From: Utricularia gibba
Taxonomy: Eukaryota > Plantae > Magnoliophyta
Direction: 5' to 3'
DNA length: 64,000 nucleotides
NCBI GenBank assembly: GCA_002189035.1
Contig: NEEC01000015.1
Coordinates: 2,046,001-2,110,000 of the forward strand
The position numbers were made by a program, and so were the translations under genes. Below the pieces are notes generated by a model. The model saw nothing but the letters and a program-made list of their open reading frames with translations. It searched no databases and had not been told where the DNA came from. Within the stretch, counting starts at the first letter, position 1. Each line of letters starts with the position of its first letter. This document shows, piece after piece, positions 12,815 to 24,822 of the stretch.

Positions 12815-13590
12815 CCTCCACCGCCAACTCTCTCGAGCTTTCTTCTGTGTGTCTGTCTCCACCGCCGATTTAAACGACGTTGTTATACGGCCGGAGTTTG
12901 ATATTTTATTTTTTGTTTATTGTTTTTAACATTTGCTAAAATCTTAGAAAAAACATAAAATATATGCAATTTTAGATTGATTCCGGCACGGCGGCGTTAT
13001 TAGTTTCTGATTATATCGTCACAGTAGCAGTTTCTTGTCGAAGCCCATGATTCAGGAAAACGCTGTCATGCATGTGTTTCTCCGCCTCAGATCCGGGCAG
13101 GCCTCTGCTCCAACGACGCGCGCATTATTACAGGCACTTCGGTACTCAAAATTCTGTCGCAATTCGTTCAAATTGGATTTTGCCGATGGTTAGAGTCTAG
13201 CTTCATTCCGTCAATAGCATCGGATAGCAAGCGGCCCCACCGGAAGCGCAGTGTATCTCTTTTTCCGATGTCGGATTGCAATTTCATGAAGACCTGCAGA
13301 TGCCTGTATCTTCATGTACCAAAACCAAACGCTGATAAGCCTGCTTTTCTTCTAAAGTAAAAACGGAGATGTGGATTGTGGGTTTCTTCGAGAGCAAGAA
13401 CTGCTTTTACGTGGAAAGTTGAAGGAATGAAGTCAGGTCAGGTGGGGATGCTGCTTTTCTATTATTTTATTGTTTTCTGACTTTGGTTGCTTTCTTTGTG
13501 CGCACTCCAAGTCGTTGCGATGGGTATTAATAGCCCCAGACACCACTCGGAGCGATATAGCTTCAACCGCAAGGGTCTGAGAAGACGGAG

Positions 13591-14118
13591 ATGAGGAGAG
13601 AAGGGCGGCAACATGGGTTCGAAAGAACCTGCTATATCCGCCGTTCCAAGGGGAAAGTCGACGAAAACGATTCCCAATTCACGAAGGTGCCCTCGAAGCC
13701 AACAAATCATTCCAAGGTCACCGGGAAATGTCGCCGTACCCAGTGCCAAAGATGCCATCTCAACCCGCCGTGTAAGTCGAAGGACAAGAGGAAAGGAGCC
13801 CATAAGATGAAAAATGAGGGTAGCGGCTTTTGGTCGAAAGTCGTTACCGGTTCTTCTGCGACGGGGATGCTGGGCTTGCTGGAGAATGATGATTCTATGG
13901 ACTATGGGTATGAGCCCCAGATGGAAGAAACACATAGGCCCACGGACGGCGTTGAGATTCCGGAGATCACAGGAATTGAGGAACCTGCTGGAATTGAGAT
14001 TGGGATTGTTGAGGATGTGCATGGCACAGGGGGGTTCTATGAAGTGGGATTTGTTTGCTATCAGCTTGAAGAAGAAGAAGAAGAAGCAGAAGGCTGGTAT
14101 TTTGTGGAAGAAATGTGA
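13591..14118 (+). CDS. Conserved uncharacterised plant protein (175 aa, intronless) with basic Cys/His N-terminus and acidic C-terminus
   Basis: MRREGRQHG start and FTKVPSKPTNHSKVTGKC-x4-C-x2-CH-x2-P-x-KSKDK-x-KG motif, recalled from an unannotated plant family. Ends in EEEEEEAEGWYFVEEM. Confidence 0.78.
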   Translation: MRREGRQHGFERTCYIRRSKGKVDENDSQFTKVPSKPTNHSKVTGKCRRTQCQRCHLNPPCKSKDKRKGAHKMKNEGSGFWSKVVTGSSATGMLGLLENDDSMDYGYEPQMEETHRPTDGVEIPEITGIEEPAGIEIGIVEDVHGTGGFYEVGFVCYQLEEEEEEAEGWYFVEEM

Positions 14119-14303
14119 TTCGTCACTTTTATATGCAATCAGTGTTTCTGTAAATGTTTCGTTGTTGATGATGATGCTGAACTTGACTCCCCAAGACGAC
14201 AACTTGAGATTGAATATGAATACACTTGAAGGTTGAAACTGTGCAACAAAAAATCCAATCTTCACTACATAGGTTCTTCACTTCCATATGAATACACTAA
14301 ATG

Positions 14304-16580
14304 TCATTGCTGAACAACATTCGGGGATTCATTCTCTCTGTCCATCCGATGACACCCAGCTTTGGCTGGATTTTTCATTGATGGACACTTCAATGGCGTA
14401 GGTGCTTGAGGTACTGAAGGACTTCCTTGCTTTTTGTTCGGAAAGCACTTAGGCCTGGGAATAAGCTTCTTGTATGTTTGATCAATCATGTTGTTTCGTT
14501 CCTTGTAAAACTCGGGCAAAGGACGAGCCTTGAAGCAGAAGCTGTAGGTCAGTTTTCTTGACTCTTCTCTAGATTTCTCCTGCGAAAGGCTTATTCTGAA
14601 TCAACATGGCTTTCAAAGTACAGAAACTGCAGAAGAACAAGCATGGCCTGAATAATGAACCTTCTGTGGCAGTGCTTTCTGTGGTTCAATAGAGTTGAAT
14701 TTCGCCTCGAGCTTCTGCAAGTTTTGGTGAAGGGGGGATGCAGGAAAAAGAGAAGCTTGGTAAAATATGGAGCACTGCACACAAATTAAGAAGAGATGTA
14801 CACAGGGGTTCTTGCCTGCTTTCTCTGTGTAGCTCTCTCCTCTGTTCTCAAAACAAACGGAGAAGAAACCAGCGGCGATCGTAACGTTTTCTGTAAAGCC
14901 GACAATGATGTGCTGCAGCTGAAAGGCAGTGCATCAGCATCAACAAAAGCCTACTCCGATATACAAGCTCAGGACTCACGCAGCTGATAAGACATGCCAT
15001 TTTGTTCCGGTGGTTTTGGCTCCTGAAGCAGATGACTTGCTTGGTGTCCTCATGCTGCGCATCAAACACATTGGTATGTGAAAGCGATTACAAAAAATCA
15101 TGTTCATGCATTTGTAAGATGAAAAGCTGGTTTCCAAGAACACATCACACCTTCTTGTCTGCGATCCAGGGGTAACAGTCCCAGCTTTATATGCCTACAA
15201 CGGAGATCAGAATATCAGAACCATGACTCCACGGATAGAACATAAAAACCAGTAGAATGTAGAGAAAGTCAGCACATATGGTGTCCTGATAGGAGTCCTG
15301 CAATCCTTCCATGATCGATCAGGAGCTACCCTTGAAGTTGTTTGAGAAACTGAAGACTCATTTTTCTCATACTCTTTACCGAACATTCCATCAGGTAATT
15401 TGCGGGAAGGCTTTTGAGATGATCTTTCTGTTTTATCCAAGTTCACAGCTTGCTTGCTCGTGGTTCTGACTGCTCCACCACAAGAGTTAGCTCGGTTAAC
15501 AGGTGCTAACAGAGAGATCAACAACGAGCGATTCGGCTTCTCTGTGCTTGTCTTGGATGGATCACCCTCACAAGAGATGCAACCATCCTCCTGCATAAAA
15601 CACAAGCATCAGCAGACAAAGCTTGGAATTTGACAAGTTGGGTTCCCACTTCCTAATTGAAATTTGTACGGTATGTAGCAAGGCCACAGGCAAGCAAGCA
15701 TCTCTCACCAGAAGCAGAGGCTTTTCCATCTGGGAACTCCCTGTGCAGTCCAAACTCAGTGTCTTATCTTGAGTTTCAAGATCATTGAGGCGCTCGAATG
15801 CGTTTCGTTCTGGATGAATCTCATCTACAGGTTCGTTCTCTGAAATTACACTTCTTTTCTCCTCTACACAAATCTCCGAGGCAGAAGTGGGACGACTCTG
15901 AAGCTGGGCATCTCCCACTTCTTCACTGGCTTCAAATGGAGATCTGATGGCCAATCCTTGCTGATCATCTTCATCATCATCATTGCCAGTTCCAACGGTG
16001 TCTTGTCCTGCCAAGGCAGCAGCCTTTTTAGCTGCAATGCTCTTGTAATGAGCTTCGAAGAAAGCCTTCTTCGCCGCTACCGATCCCGGTTGTGCGTACC
16101 TTGCAGCCTCTTCCGCATAACTTTTGTTGGAGGAAAATTTAGTCCATGCACTGTCACTCGCCAAACTTTCATTCATAAATCTTCCCAATGAAATAGAGTC
16201 ACTAAGAGCAAGCATCAGATTATCCTGCAACAGTGAAAATTTTCAAAACCCGAAATGAAAAACACTGAATCCGACACAAGATTTGATGATCTAATCCTCA
16301 AGAGGAGCAGCAGAACACACAGAAACACGGTGGTTATGCTCTAGTATCTGCCTCAATCATACCAATGAGCCACGCAGTTTGATGAACACACAAGCTTCCA
16401 ATTTTCAAACGCTAGATTCAGTATGTGTAAAAGAAATCGCCATAAACCACTCCATTTTTCTTCCCAACTAGAGAAAAAAGTCATGAGCTGCACAAGTGAA
16501 CTGTAATAATACATCGAGCCCACCTGCTTGAAGGGTGAAGCATACGAGAACCCATGAAGCAAATAAGTAGACTCTGCCAT
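14304..16580 (-). CDS. WDL7: WVD2-like / TPX2-domain microtubule-associated protein
   Basis: N-terminus SISLGRFMNESL..W.KFSS.KSYAEEAARYAQPGSVAAKKAFFEAHYK. TPX2 region FVLRTEERATQRKQ|KLEAKF...FCFKARPLPEFY. Eight exons splice in frame, one through a GC donor. Confidence 0.9.
14715..14815 (-). other. GC-AG intron in the WDL7-like gene
   Basis: CAG|GCAAGA donor at 14815 and ttgcag acceptor at 14715 give the conserved junction RKQ|KLE. Confidence 0.65.
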
Positions 16581-17210
16581 TGTTCTTCGACAGCGGAGAA
16601 AAAGAAACTAAAATCACAAACGGCAGGAATCCTTCAGAACCCAGAAGTATTAACATATGCCCAGTTTTTATACAAGTCGTTGGGTTGAGTTGCATAACAC
16701 ACAAATTCGAAATTTGAATGAAAAGGAGAGCGTCGCGTGGTATGGAAAGCTGAGAGCTGAAGCTTTCAGATTACGACCCCCACTTTTTCAATACTTTTTC
16801 GAGAGCCACTTTCTCGCCATCTTCCCCTCCATCACAGTAAACCCACCCTCACAGGCTTTGAAATGAAAGGGGAGCGAGGGGCCCCACCTGTCCAACGTTC
16901 AAGTTTCCATGCTTACCACTTTCAAGCGTACCAGCCACGTTGCAAAAAGATCAAATCTTGCGAACATGTGTGCTCAAAAACCTCGGAAATTGCTCTTTTT
17001 TGCGTTTTATCAACGTTTTATTTAACTATAATGTTGAAAAGTTGTGTTCTTGAGTGAAGGAAGATGAGCTGGGAATGACTAGACAGAATGGCATATTCAC
17101 AATAGCTTCCTGTGTTCGTCGCATACACGAGCGGATGTAAATGCAGTCGCCTCTTACAAACCAGCAGCAGCTTTCCCACAGCTTCTCCATGGCGTTGCAT
17201 GATTACTTCC

Positions 17211-18413
17211 CTATAGTCTCCGGATGAAACATCTGATTATCTCGTCCATAATGATATCCCGGAGCTCCCTCTCCCCATAACTGCCATTGATGCTGAAGAT
17301 CAATCTTTTCCTCGCCGGAGAAAATGTGGTTGGATCGAACAGTTCCTGGAGGTAAGGGTGACGCAGAGCCCCCTCAGCTGTAATCCTTTTCGCAGGATTC
17401 AGAGCAAGCATTTTGGACAGAAGATCGATCGCCAGAGGATCGGCTTCTGGAAACAGAAAAAAAAATTTAGCTGCCCCTGCAACATTCAATGATTCAACGA
17501 GTTTCAGCTCTTCAGGGTGGTCTATGAACTCCAAATCCGACGCCGACTGGAACCCGATTGTTCCCATTATGAGCTCCAGTTGATTCATCCGATTCACTCC
17601 TGGGAAAATCGGCCTCCTTCCAAGAAGCTCCGCGAATATGCACCCAACCGACCACACATCAATGGCGGCACTGTAGCTCCGGCAACACAGAAGCACCTCG
17701 GGTGCCCGATACCATCTGCTTGCGACGTACTCTGTGGGCAACTCCCCTGTATTGGACGCAGTGCATGCTAGCCCGAAATCTCCAATCGTAAGGTCGTAGG
17801 TGGCGTTGATGAATATATTCGCCGGCTTCAGATCCCGGTGCAGAACATTCGCCGAGTGCAGATAGCTAAGGCCGTTTAATATCTGGAACAAGAAGAAACC
17901 ACATTCTCCCTGTACCAGAGGGTCTGGCGACCGGATCATGCGATTGAGGTCGGTGTCCATCAGGTTGTAGACCATGTAAACTTCGTTGAAATCACAAGAG
18001 CTCGCAGGGATCATCACGTCCTTCAGCGATATCACATTGGGGTGATGCAGATTCTTCAACAGGTAAATCTCCCTGATGATGCTAACGGTGTTGCCCCGGT
18101 AGCCAAACGCATCACCGATCTTCTTGATGGCCACTTTCTCGCCCGTCGCTTGGTTGAAGGATGAAACGACCGTACCGGAAGCACCTCGGCCGAGGATCTT
18201 GATGGGAATGTAGTTGGAGTCGACTTCGAAGGCGGAGCCGTCTTCCAGCGTGTAGCAGTCCTTCTTGGGCGGCTCGTAAAACCGAATGCTCTTCATCGGA
18301 GAAGCGTTTCTCAGCTCTTGTTCCCACTTCGCCGCCGCCTCCGGGAAGAGTAACGAGAAGAAGAGTGGTGGCTGGTGCAGAGAGAAGGATGGATTATGTA
18401 AAGTATATTGCAC
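17211..18413 (-). CDS. Divergent, intronless TEY-type MAP kinase (group C-like)
   Basis: Single 400-codon ORF (alternative start 18296). Contains GRGASG, VAIKK, RE, HRDLKP, DFG, TEY, RWYRAPEVLLCC, AELLGRRPIFPG and DLEFIDHP. The last three motifs resemble MPK1/2/7/14. Confidence 0.93.
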   Translation of the reverse strand: MQYTLHNPSFSLHQPPLFFSLLFPEAAAKWEQELRNASPMKSIRFYEPPKKDCYTLEDGSAFEVDSNYIPIKILGRGASGTVVSSFNQATGEKVAIKKIGDAFGYRGNTVSIIREIYLLKNLHHPNVISLKDVMIPASSCDFNEVYMVYNLMDTDLNRMIRSPDPLVQGECGFFLFQILNGLSYLHSANVLHRDLKPANIFINATYDLTIGDFGLACTASNTGELPTEYVASRWYRAPEVLLCCRSYSAAIDVWSVGCIFAELLGRRPIFPGVNRMNQLELIMGTIGFQSASDLEFIDHPEELKLVESLNVAGAAKFFFLFPEADPLAIDLLSKMLALNPAKRITAEGALRHPYLQELFDPTTFSPARKRLIFSINGSYGERELRDIIMDEIIRCFIRRL

Positions 18414-19253
18414 CCGGGAGTCAAATTAAGGTAACTTTACGATCTGTCAGATATTAACAGCCGTAATCTTCCAGATATTTTTATTATTTTAATACGTATC
18501 CAGTAACCGAACGCCACGTTTATCCTTTTCGTTACACCCCACCGTACTGGAATATTTCTCATTGGGCGCACACAAATCCTATATTTTTTTAAAATCTTTT
18601 TAATTGATTTTTTTTGTTAATTTTGAGACGTTGTTAACCGTTGGATCACAAGCGTCGGCAAATTCATTCCATCCGTTGAACGAAAACCCTAACTTCATCT
18701 TTAGCTCGCAAAGTAAAAAAATTCAAGTAATTGAGAAAAGACGAGGGGCTGCCTTGTCATGTACATTTCTCCAGATTGGCAGCGCAGCTCTGATTCAGTC
18801 TTCAAAAAGTTCGTTATTCAAGTTGGTTAACGCAAAGTAAGCTCTACAACCAAATGCAAAATCCTGGACTATATAGCAAGAGTAGCCACAGGGAACTCAC
18901 AGGTCACAATAATTAAGAAAAACGTTTCAATTGTATCTAAAAAGCTCAAATGAAGAAGACCTCCCCCCTATATGCTATCTACGTTCCTCGTCTCCTGGGC
19001 ACTATAAGCCTTAACTGGGTTTCATGAGTTTTGCTGGAACAACCATCAACTTATTCCCTCTTTCACCCAAAACAAATCAATTGCAACATCTTTTAACTTT
19101 CTACAACCGCATGCATATGAATCTTGTTTGAAAACAAAACAAGGACCTCAGTAGCAGATAGACACATCCGTAAAGGCAAAATGAGTAAAAGATATATGAT
19201 GTGGGAGTAAGGTTAGGAGCCAACAGTGTAACACAATGCAAGCATCTTGCTTT

Positions 19254-22200
19254 TCACGTACTCCCTGGTTTACCTGGTGTGCTTTTTCCTGGTTTGAATT
19301 TTGAGATATCAACAAGGTCTCCAAATAGCTTGTCCTCTGGCTTTGAAGGCCTTGGGGTGGAGTATAGGACGATGCGTAAGAAACTGATGGTGTGCTGTTG
19401 TCCTGCATAGACAGCCCATACATGCTGTGCTGGAGGAACTGTGCGTTTTGGAACTGACCTTGGCTCTGACCATGGCCATAGCCGTATCCACCAATCTGGT
19501 CACTGTATATCGGCTGACCATACATATAACCCAACTGACCAGGCTGCATTTGTTGAGGATACATAACCGGTTGGAAATGACCTGGAAAGGGCTGAGGCTG
19601 CATGCTCATCTTTTGGTTGCTTTGCATAGCTTGATTGCTGATGGTTGTTGGATTCCCACCGTTGTACATGCCTGTTGCATGATCATTTGCTCCAATTGCA
19701 GATCCTGAAACCTGAGGGAACGGGGCCTGAAAAGGGTGGTTCTGCATGCCCATCATTTGATTGCTCTGCATAGCTTGATTGTTGACTGCTGTTGAACTCC
19801 CACCATCGTACATAGTAGTTGGTTGGTCATTTACCATAGTTGATCCTACGGCGTAGGATCCATTTGCGGATGGAGGGGGGTAACTGACTACCACTTGTGT
19901 GGCTTGCACTTGTTGGGGCTGGCTAACACTGGGTAGACTTTCATCTAACTGTGCTTCCCAAGGAGGAGGAGGGAATGCGCTGCCACTGCTCTGAGCACCT
20001 AGCAAGGTAAAGGCAATGTTTATATCTACTTCTAACAGGGGTTTCTTGAGTGCCAATAACAAAAACATTTCTTAGATTGCAATCTTCTCCAAGTGTCCAA
20101 ATCCTTCTCAATAGTTGGTGACGGGTGAAAAAGCAAAAATTGATTTTTTTATTTTGGGTAAATCTGATTATTTATTATAGCATTTTTAAATATATGAAAT
20201 TATGTGCTCTACAGACCAAAGATGTGCTCTGAGACTTCTATAAAGCAAATGGTTTGAAAGGCGTACCATAAACCGGCGAGGGTGACTGTTCTTGATGGGC
20301 TGTCTGACCATTCCAGGGGGCAGCAGAAACTGGAACGGGGCCGGAAACATTACCATTTGAGTATAAAGTTGCCTGTGGAGACTGGAAACCCGGTTGTAAA
20401 GACTGAGGTTGTCCAACAGGATTTAGAGATTGATGCCCAGTATTTTGAGAGTACATATCAGAAAGTACAAGGGCATTTTGCTCGGATGGAAGAGGGCCTG
20501 GTCGATGAGTGTCTCCCACAGATACAATGGTAAGTGAGCTTGATGTAGGTGAGCTGAAATTATCCCCACTCAAAAGATCTATCATTGGGTCCACCTTCAC
20601 CAGCGTTGTAACTGAATTGCTGGTTTCTGGAGTGGCGGGAATTGCTGACTGCAATCCCAAGCTTGTACTAGATGCAGCACTACAAAATGAATTCAGTTTC
20701 ATGAAGAAAGTGTTCTTTTATTGTTTTGAAAATCTCCAAAAACATGTGTGAAAAAAACGGTGCCCATACGATGCTTCACAGTTAAATAGCAGCATATACC
20801 TCTCGGCAGCAGGTTTCCTATCATCAGTGTCAAGAAGAGGGAGATCAACTGGCACCAAAGCTAGAGAAGGCCCAGCTTCCACTTTCTTCTGTGGAATTGG
20901 GGTAGTTCCGGAGGCGATTGACTCATATTTAGCAAGTACACGCTGCAAATCATCATTCAACGCCAACCCTTGGCACAATAGTGATTCATCGCTACAATAG
21001 AACAAAAAAAATGAAAAAAACATAACTTATTCTCAGATGAAGGCATAGAAAAATAAAATGATCAACATATAAATAAAACTAGATAAGCTAGAAAAGGACA
21101 CCGGTCCTTACGCTGTTGAGTTAATAAAGTGAACTACCCTTTGCTTGTAGTTACGACATTGTTCAACCAAATCAACAATAACCTCCTGTTTAAGCCCCTG
21201 TGACACAAAAAACAAACTTTCCGTATCAGGAAGTCCATGACACTGAAATCCAACAAAATAATTGGTAAAACACTGTATGCTATTGCATTATGTAATTCTA
21301 CAATTTGAAGGCCATAACTTGATCCTACCTCTTTGTTACTGGGATCTAGAGCACTCAACATTTCAGTAAGGACGTCCATGATACCGCGTGCATTTTGTAA
21401 TTCTTCCACGCTGATATTTAAGCAGTCAACATAAAAAAAACCATCAAGATAGCAGATGCAAGTATTTGTTGAAGCACAATGAAAGCAACATTGAGTGAAA
21501 GAAGAGCACCGAAAGGAAATATGTAAATATAATATAAAGAATATTTAGTACAAAACACACCTTAAGGTTGGAAGGTCCGCTGCCGCAGAGGGCTCAGCTT
21601 CAGCTCTAGATTCAGAGTTGCGAATATTTTGTGGATAAGATGACAATGGATGTGTCTGTGGTGGAGTGAACAGCGGGACAGATCCCTCAGGTCGCTGAGG
21701 GAAGACCACCCCAATATTCTGATAAGAGCCATTTAGAATAGAGATCAGCGAACTTAAAAAAGATGTGAAAACAAAAGACAGACAAGGCTGATGAAAGGCA
21801 TACTAATAAATCACGGTATGCAGCATAGTATTGGGGATATTTGGCCCTGGCTCCTCCGAAAGCTTCTTGCCATGTATCTATCAGAATCAATATCTTCTCC
21901 CTTACGTATATATCAGGCTGCAGTGCAAAGTTCAGGAACTCTAAAAGATACAGAAAATGAATAATATTATGGTATCACCAATCCGTTACCCAATTACCTT
22001 CTTTTTCACTATTTTCACCATGTCATGAGGTAAATCTTTCTCTGAAACATGCATATGGACAATATCACCACAATTCTTCACAATAGTCTCTAAGAGCTAC
22101 GAAGTGAAAACAGTTTTTCATCAATGGAAATGAAATTTTAGTTGGAATACAAACAAAACCTAAGACAAAGGCATCGTCTAAACAAAAGGGTCTTACCGTT

Positions 22201-22704
22201 AAGGCAAGAAGCTGGGTTTTGGGGTTTTTGCTAGAGAGACGTTTCTTTATACCTTTCACAACATCCTTTGCTTGTCTGAGTGAACAGAAATTCAAATTTA
22301 AAGTGTAAAGAAAAACTACATCAAGAAACTGTCGAAATGCGTCAAACTTAGGATGGGATGCCTATATTCACACAGAACCCATACGAATTCCAAATGTGGG
22401 GATGGAAATCCATTGCCGTAAACTCGTTTGAGCTTCCACAAAACATTGCATTGATTCAAAAAAAGAAACCTCGAAATAATTTCAGGAAAACATGTACTTT
22501 AACGCCGAGAGCATAATTCGTGAAGGATCAAAGCCAAACTTAGAGGAAAAACGCCGACAGATAAGCAAACTGAAAAGGTGAAAAAAAAAGAAGACAGAAT
22601 TACTCGGGATCGTGATTGCAAACATCACAGATCTCAATATTCATCGCCCAATCAGGTCCAATCAGCATGGAGCTCGTCGCCCTTTCCACGAGAGAATTCA
22701 CCAT
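19254..22704 (-). CDS. TOL9: TOM1-like VHS-GAT protein (TOL9-like); one apparent +1 frameshift error near the C-terminus
   Basis: [75 protein letters not shown] and [10 protein letters not shown]. The conserved tail [17 protein letters not shown] ends at TGA 19254-19256 and is out of frame after 19354-19357. Confidence 0.92.
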
Positions 22705-23207
22705 CCTCACCTCTGTCAACCAGCAAAACCCTCACCGGCGTAAGAAAAAGCTTAACAAAATCCAAACATTCCCCTTCCAACGACGCCTACTCCGGCAACT
22801 GATTCCTCTCTAGACACAAAAATCAGAAAATGCTACCTACGCTCGGAGATACGATCGTTGATTTCAACGAGTTGCGTTGAAAAATATGCTTTTTATGGGA
22901 GTTTATTTCAGAATTAAAATCAGTCTCAGCCAATCGGATAAGTACACGTTGGAGAGTCCCGACCGTAGATATCGCCGCCGACTACCGGCATCGGGCGGCC
23001 CCAATTTGTTGGACAGCACAACAAGTACGCACTGGGTTTAGTGCGCCATGTCATCAAAATGCTCTTTTTCATAAATCGATTAAAAAAATTGTAGTTGGAT
23101 TCTCTTCAGGAAATTGGCCAGAATTGCAAACAAAATCTTGAAATCCCTAGCAGGGTTGCTGCGATCGTGGAAAGGGGTGAGCATATGAAGTAGAATTATC
23201 AGAAACA

Positions 23208-24495
23208 ATGGCAATGATCAGCGACGCCCTCCGGCAGGCGTTCATGCCGAAGCAAGAGTACGAGAGTCTTCGTGAGGAGGAGAAGGCATCGCGGAAGCCT
23301 TTGATTTTCGCTGCGGTAGGCCTGATTTGCCTTCTTCTGTTTGTGCCAACTGCTATTAGCTTGAAGATTGTGTTTCCCGATGACAATTTAAGGCGGCCGT
23401 TCTGCCACCCCATTTCGGTTAATTTTACGGCGTTGGTGGTCAGTGGCCGAGGAGGCAAAGAATTGGACCTTTCTCCTGGTGCATTTTCTTTGACTGATCA
23501 GGAGACCGTGGATTATTACTGGATGGTGGTGTTTCTTCCTTCGGCGATGCTTTTTGCTGCATCTGTGGTGTACTTGGTTGCAGGTAGGGCGGAAATTTTC
23601 TTGTTTGTAATGATACTTACTTTATTGATCTTCTGCTTAGTGAGTTAAACTTACTGTTATTGATGGTCATTGCAATGATATTGTGCTCCACAAGTTAAAT
23701 TTATCACCGGGAACAATTTGAGATTCCGAACGTATCCTGGGATGCTTCAGAGGATCACCTGTTAGAATCCAGAAAATTATAGATCACTTGCTGTTTCTAA
23801 ATCGCGCAATTTTCTTTTCCTACACTTGAAAGATGTTGTTATGTAGCCCCATTGTGTAATCAAGCACGGTGTAAGGTGATCCAGAACAGCTCAAACGTGT
23901 TATCATCTATACTGCAGGAGTCATTGTTGCTTATACTGCTCCTGCGCCTCATATGTGTTTGAGGGTGGTCCAGAACAGTTGCTGCTGTTCCAGGAGAGGT
24001 GCATTTTCCCCACCCTTCTGTATGTTTTAACAGGTCTCTCAGGAATGGTTGCTGCATTTGAGCTTTTCATCATTCACCAGTTCAGCAACTTTTGTTCATC
24101 ATCCTTCCATAATTTTCGTATATGATCTCAGGTACTTACTTTCTTTTTGCATTGACAGGAGGTGTAGGATGCTTATCCTCGTGAACTTAATATTTGCAGC
24201 CGCGTTTGGTCTTCTCGCTGCATTTCTTGGGTCAACTCTCCTCACACTTAGCAGCAGTTGCTCCAAACCTCTGTTTTGGTGCTATGAGATTTCATCATGG
24301 GGCTTAGTCATTCTCCATGGAGGAGCTGCTTTCTTCCTCCAAAGAAAAGCAGGCAATTTTTCCAGTCAGAGCATCGGCATAGAGATGCTTGAAGCCAACC
24401 CGATACAAATCACACCCGAATTGGAGAAACGTGTGCATGAGAGCTTTAAATCATGGATAGGACCAACTTCCCTATCCTCGGATGAAGAAGAATAA
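23208..24495 (+). CDS. Small multi-pass membrane protein of unknown function (At5g11280-like); 3 exons, one apparent +1 frameshift error
   Basis: Exon 1 23208-23583 (FMPKQEYESLREEEK, PGAF.LTDQETVDYYWMVVF). Exon 2 23918-23998 (GVIVAYTAP...CLRVVQNSCCCSRRG). Exon 3 24159-24495 (PLFWCYEISSWGLVIL, EMLEANP, SLSSDEEE). Confidence 0.85.
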
Positions 24496-24822
24496 GAACC
24501 CAGTGATCGATATCAAAGAGTGCCATCAACCACCCCTTGAATCCCTACAAGTAGTAGAAAGTAGGGTTTTGTATCAAGTTTGGTTGCCCAACTCTTTTAT
24601 AGGTGCCATTTTTTTGTCCTTAATGGTTCTGCTGGTTTCTCCAATGAAACATAAATTTCGAATGGAATTTTAAAGCAGCATCCACATATATTTTCTAGAC
24701 TGCTGATATTGTGAATATAAATTAGTAGCAAAGCCACACCGAAGGTGCTCTCTAAGGAGGAGTTGGCCCACAAAGGAGAACAAAATTGCCTGTGCGTTTA
24801 GAACGATTGAAGTGCGGCTTCC

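Noticed and set aside
13285-13317. Small hairpin CATGAAGA...TCTTCATG
   Set aside because: About 33 nt only, too short for a plant miRNA precursor and expected by chance.
13462-14265. 267-aa minus-strand ORF
   Set aside because: Antisense shadow of the 13591-14118 gene. Its poly-Phe comes from the GAA repeat and it has no recognisable motif.
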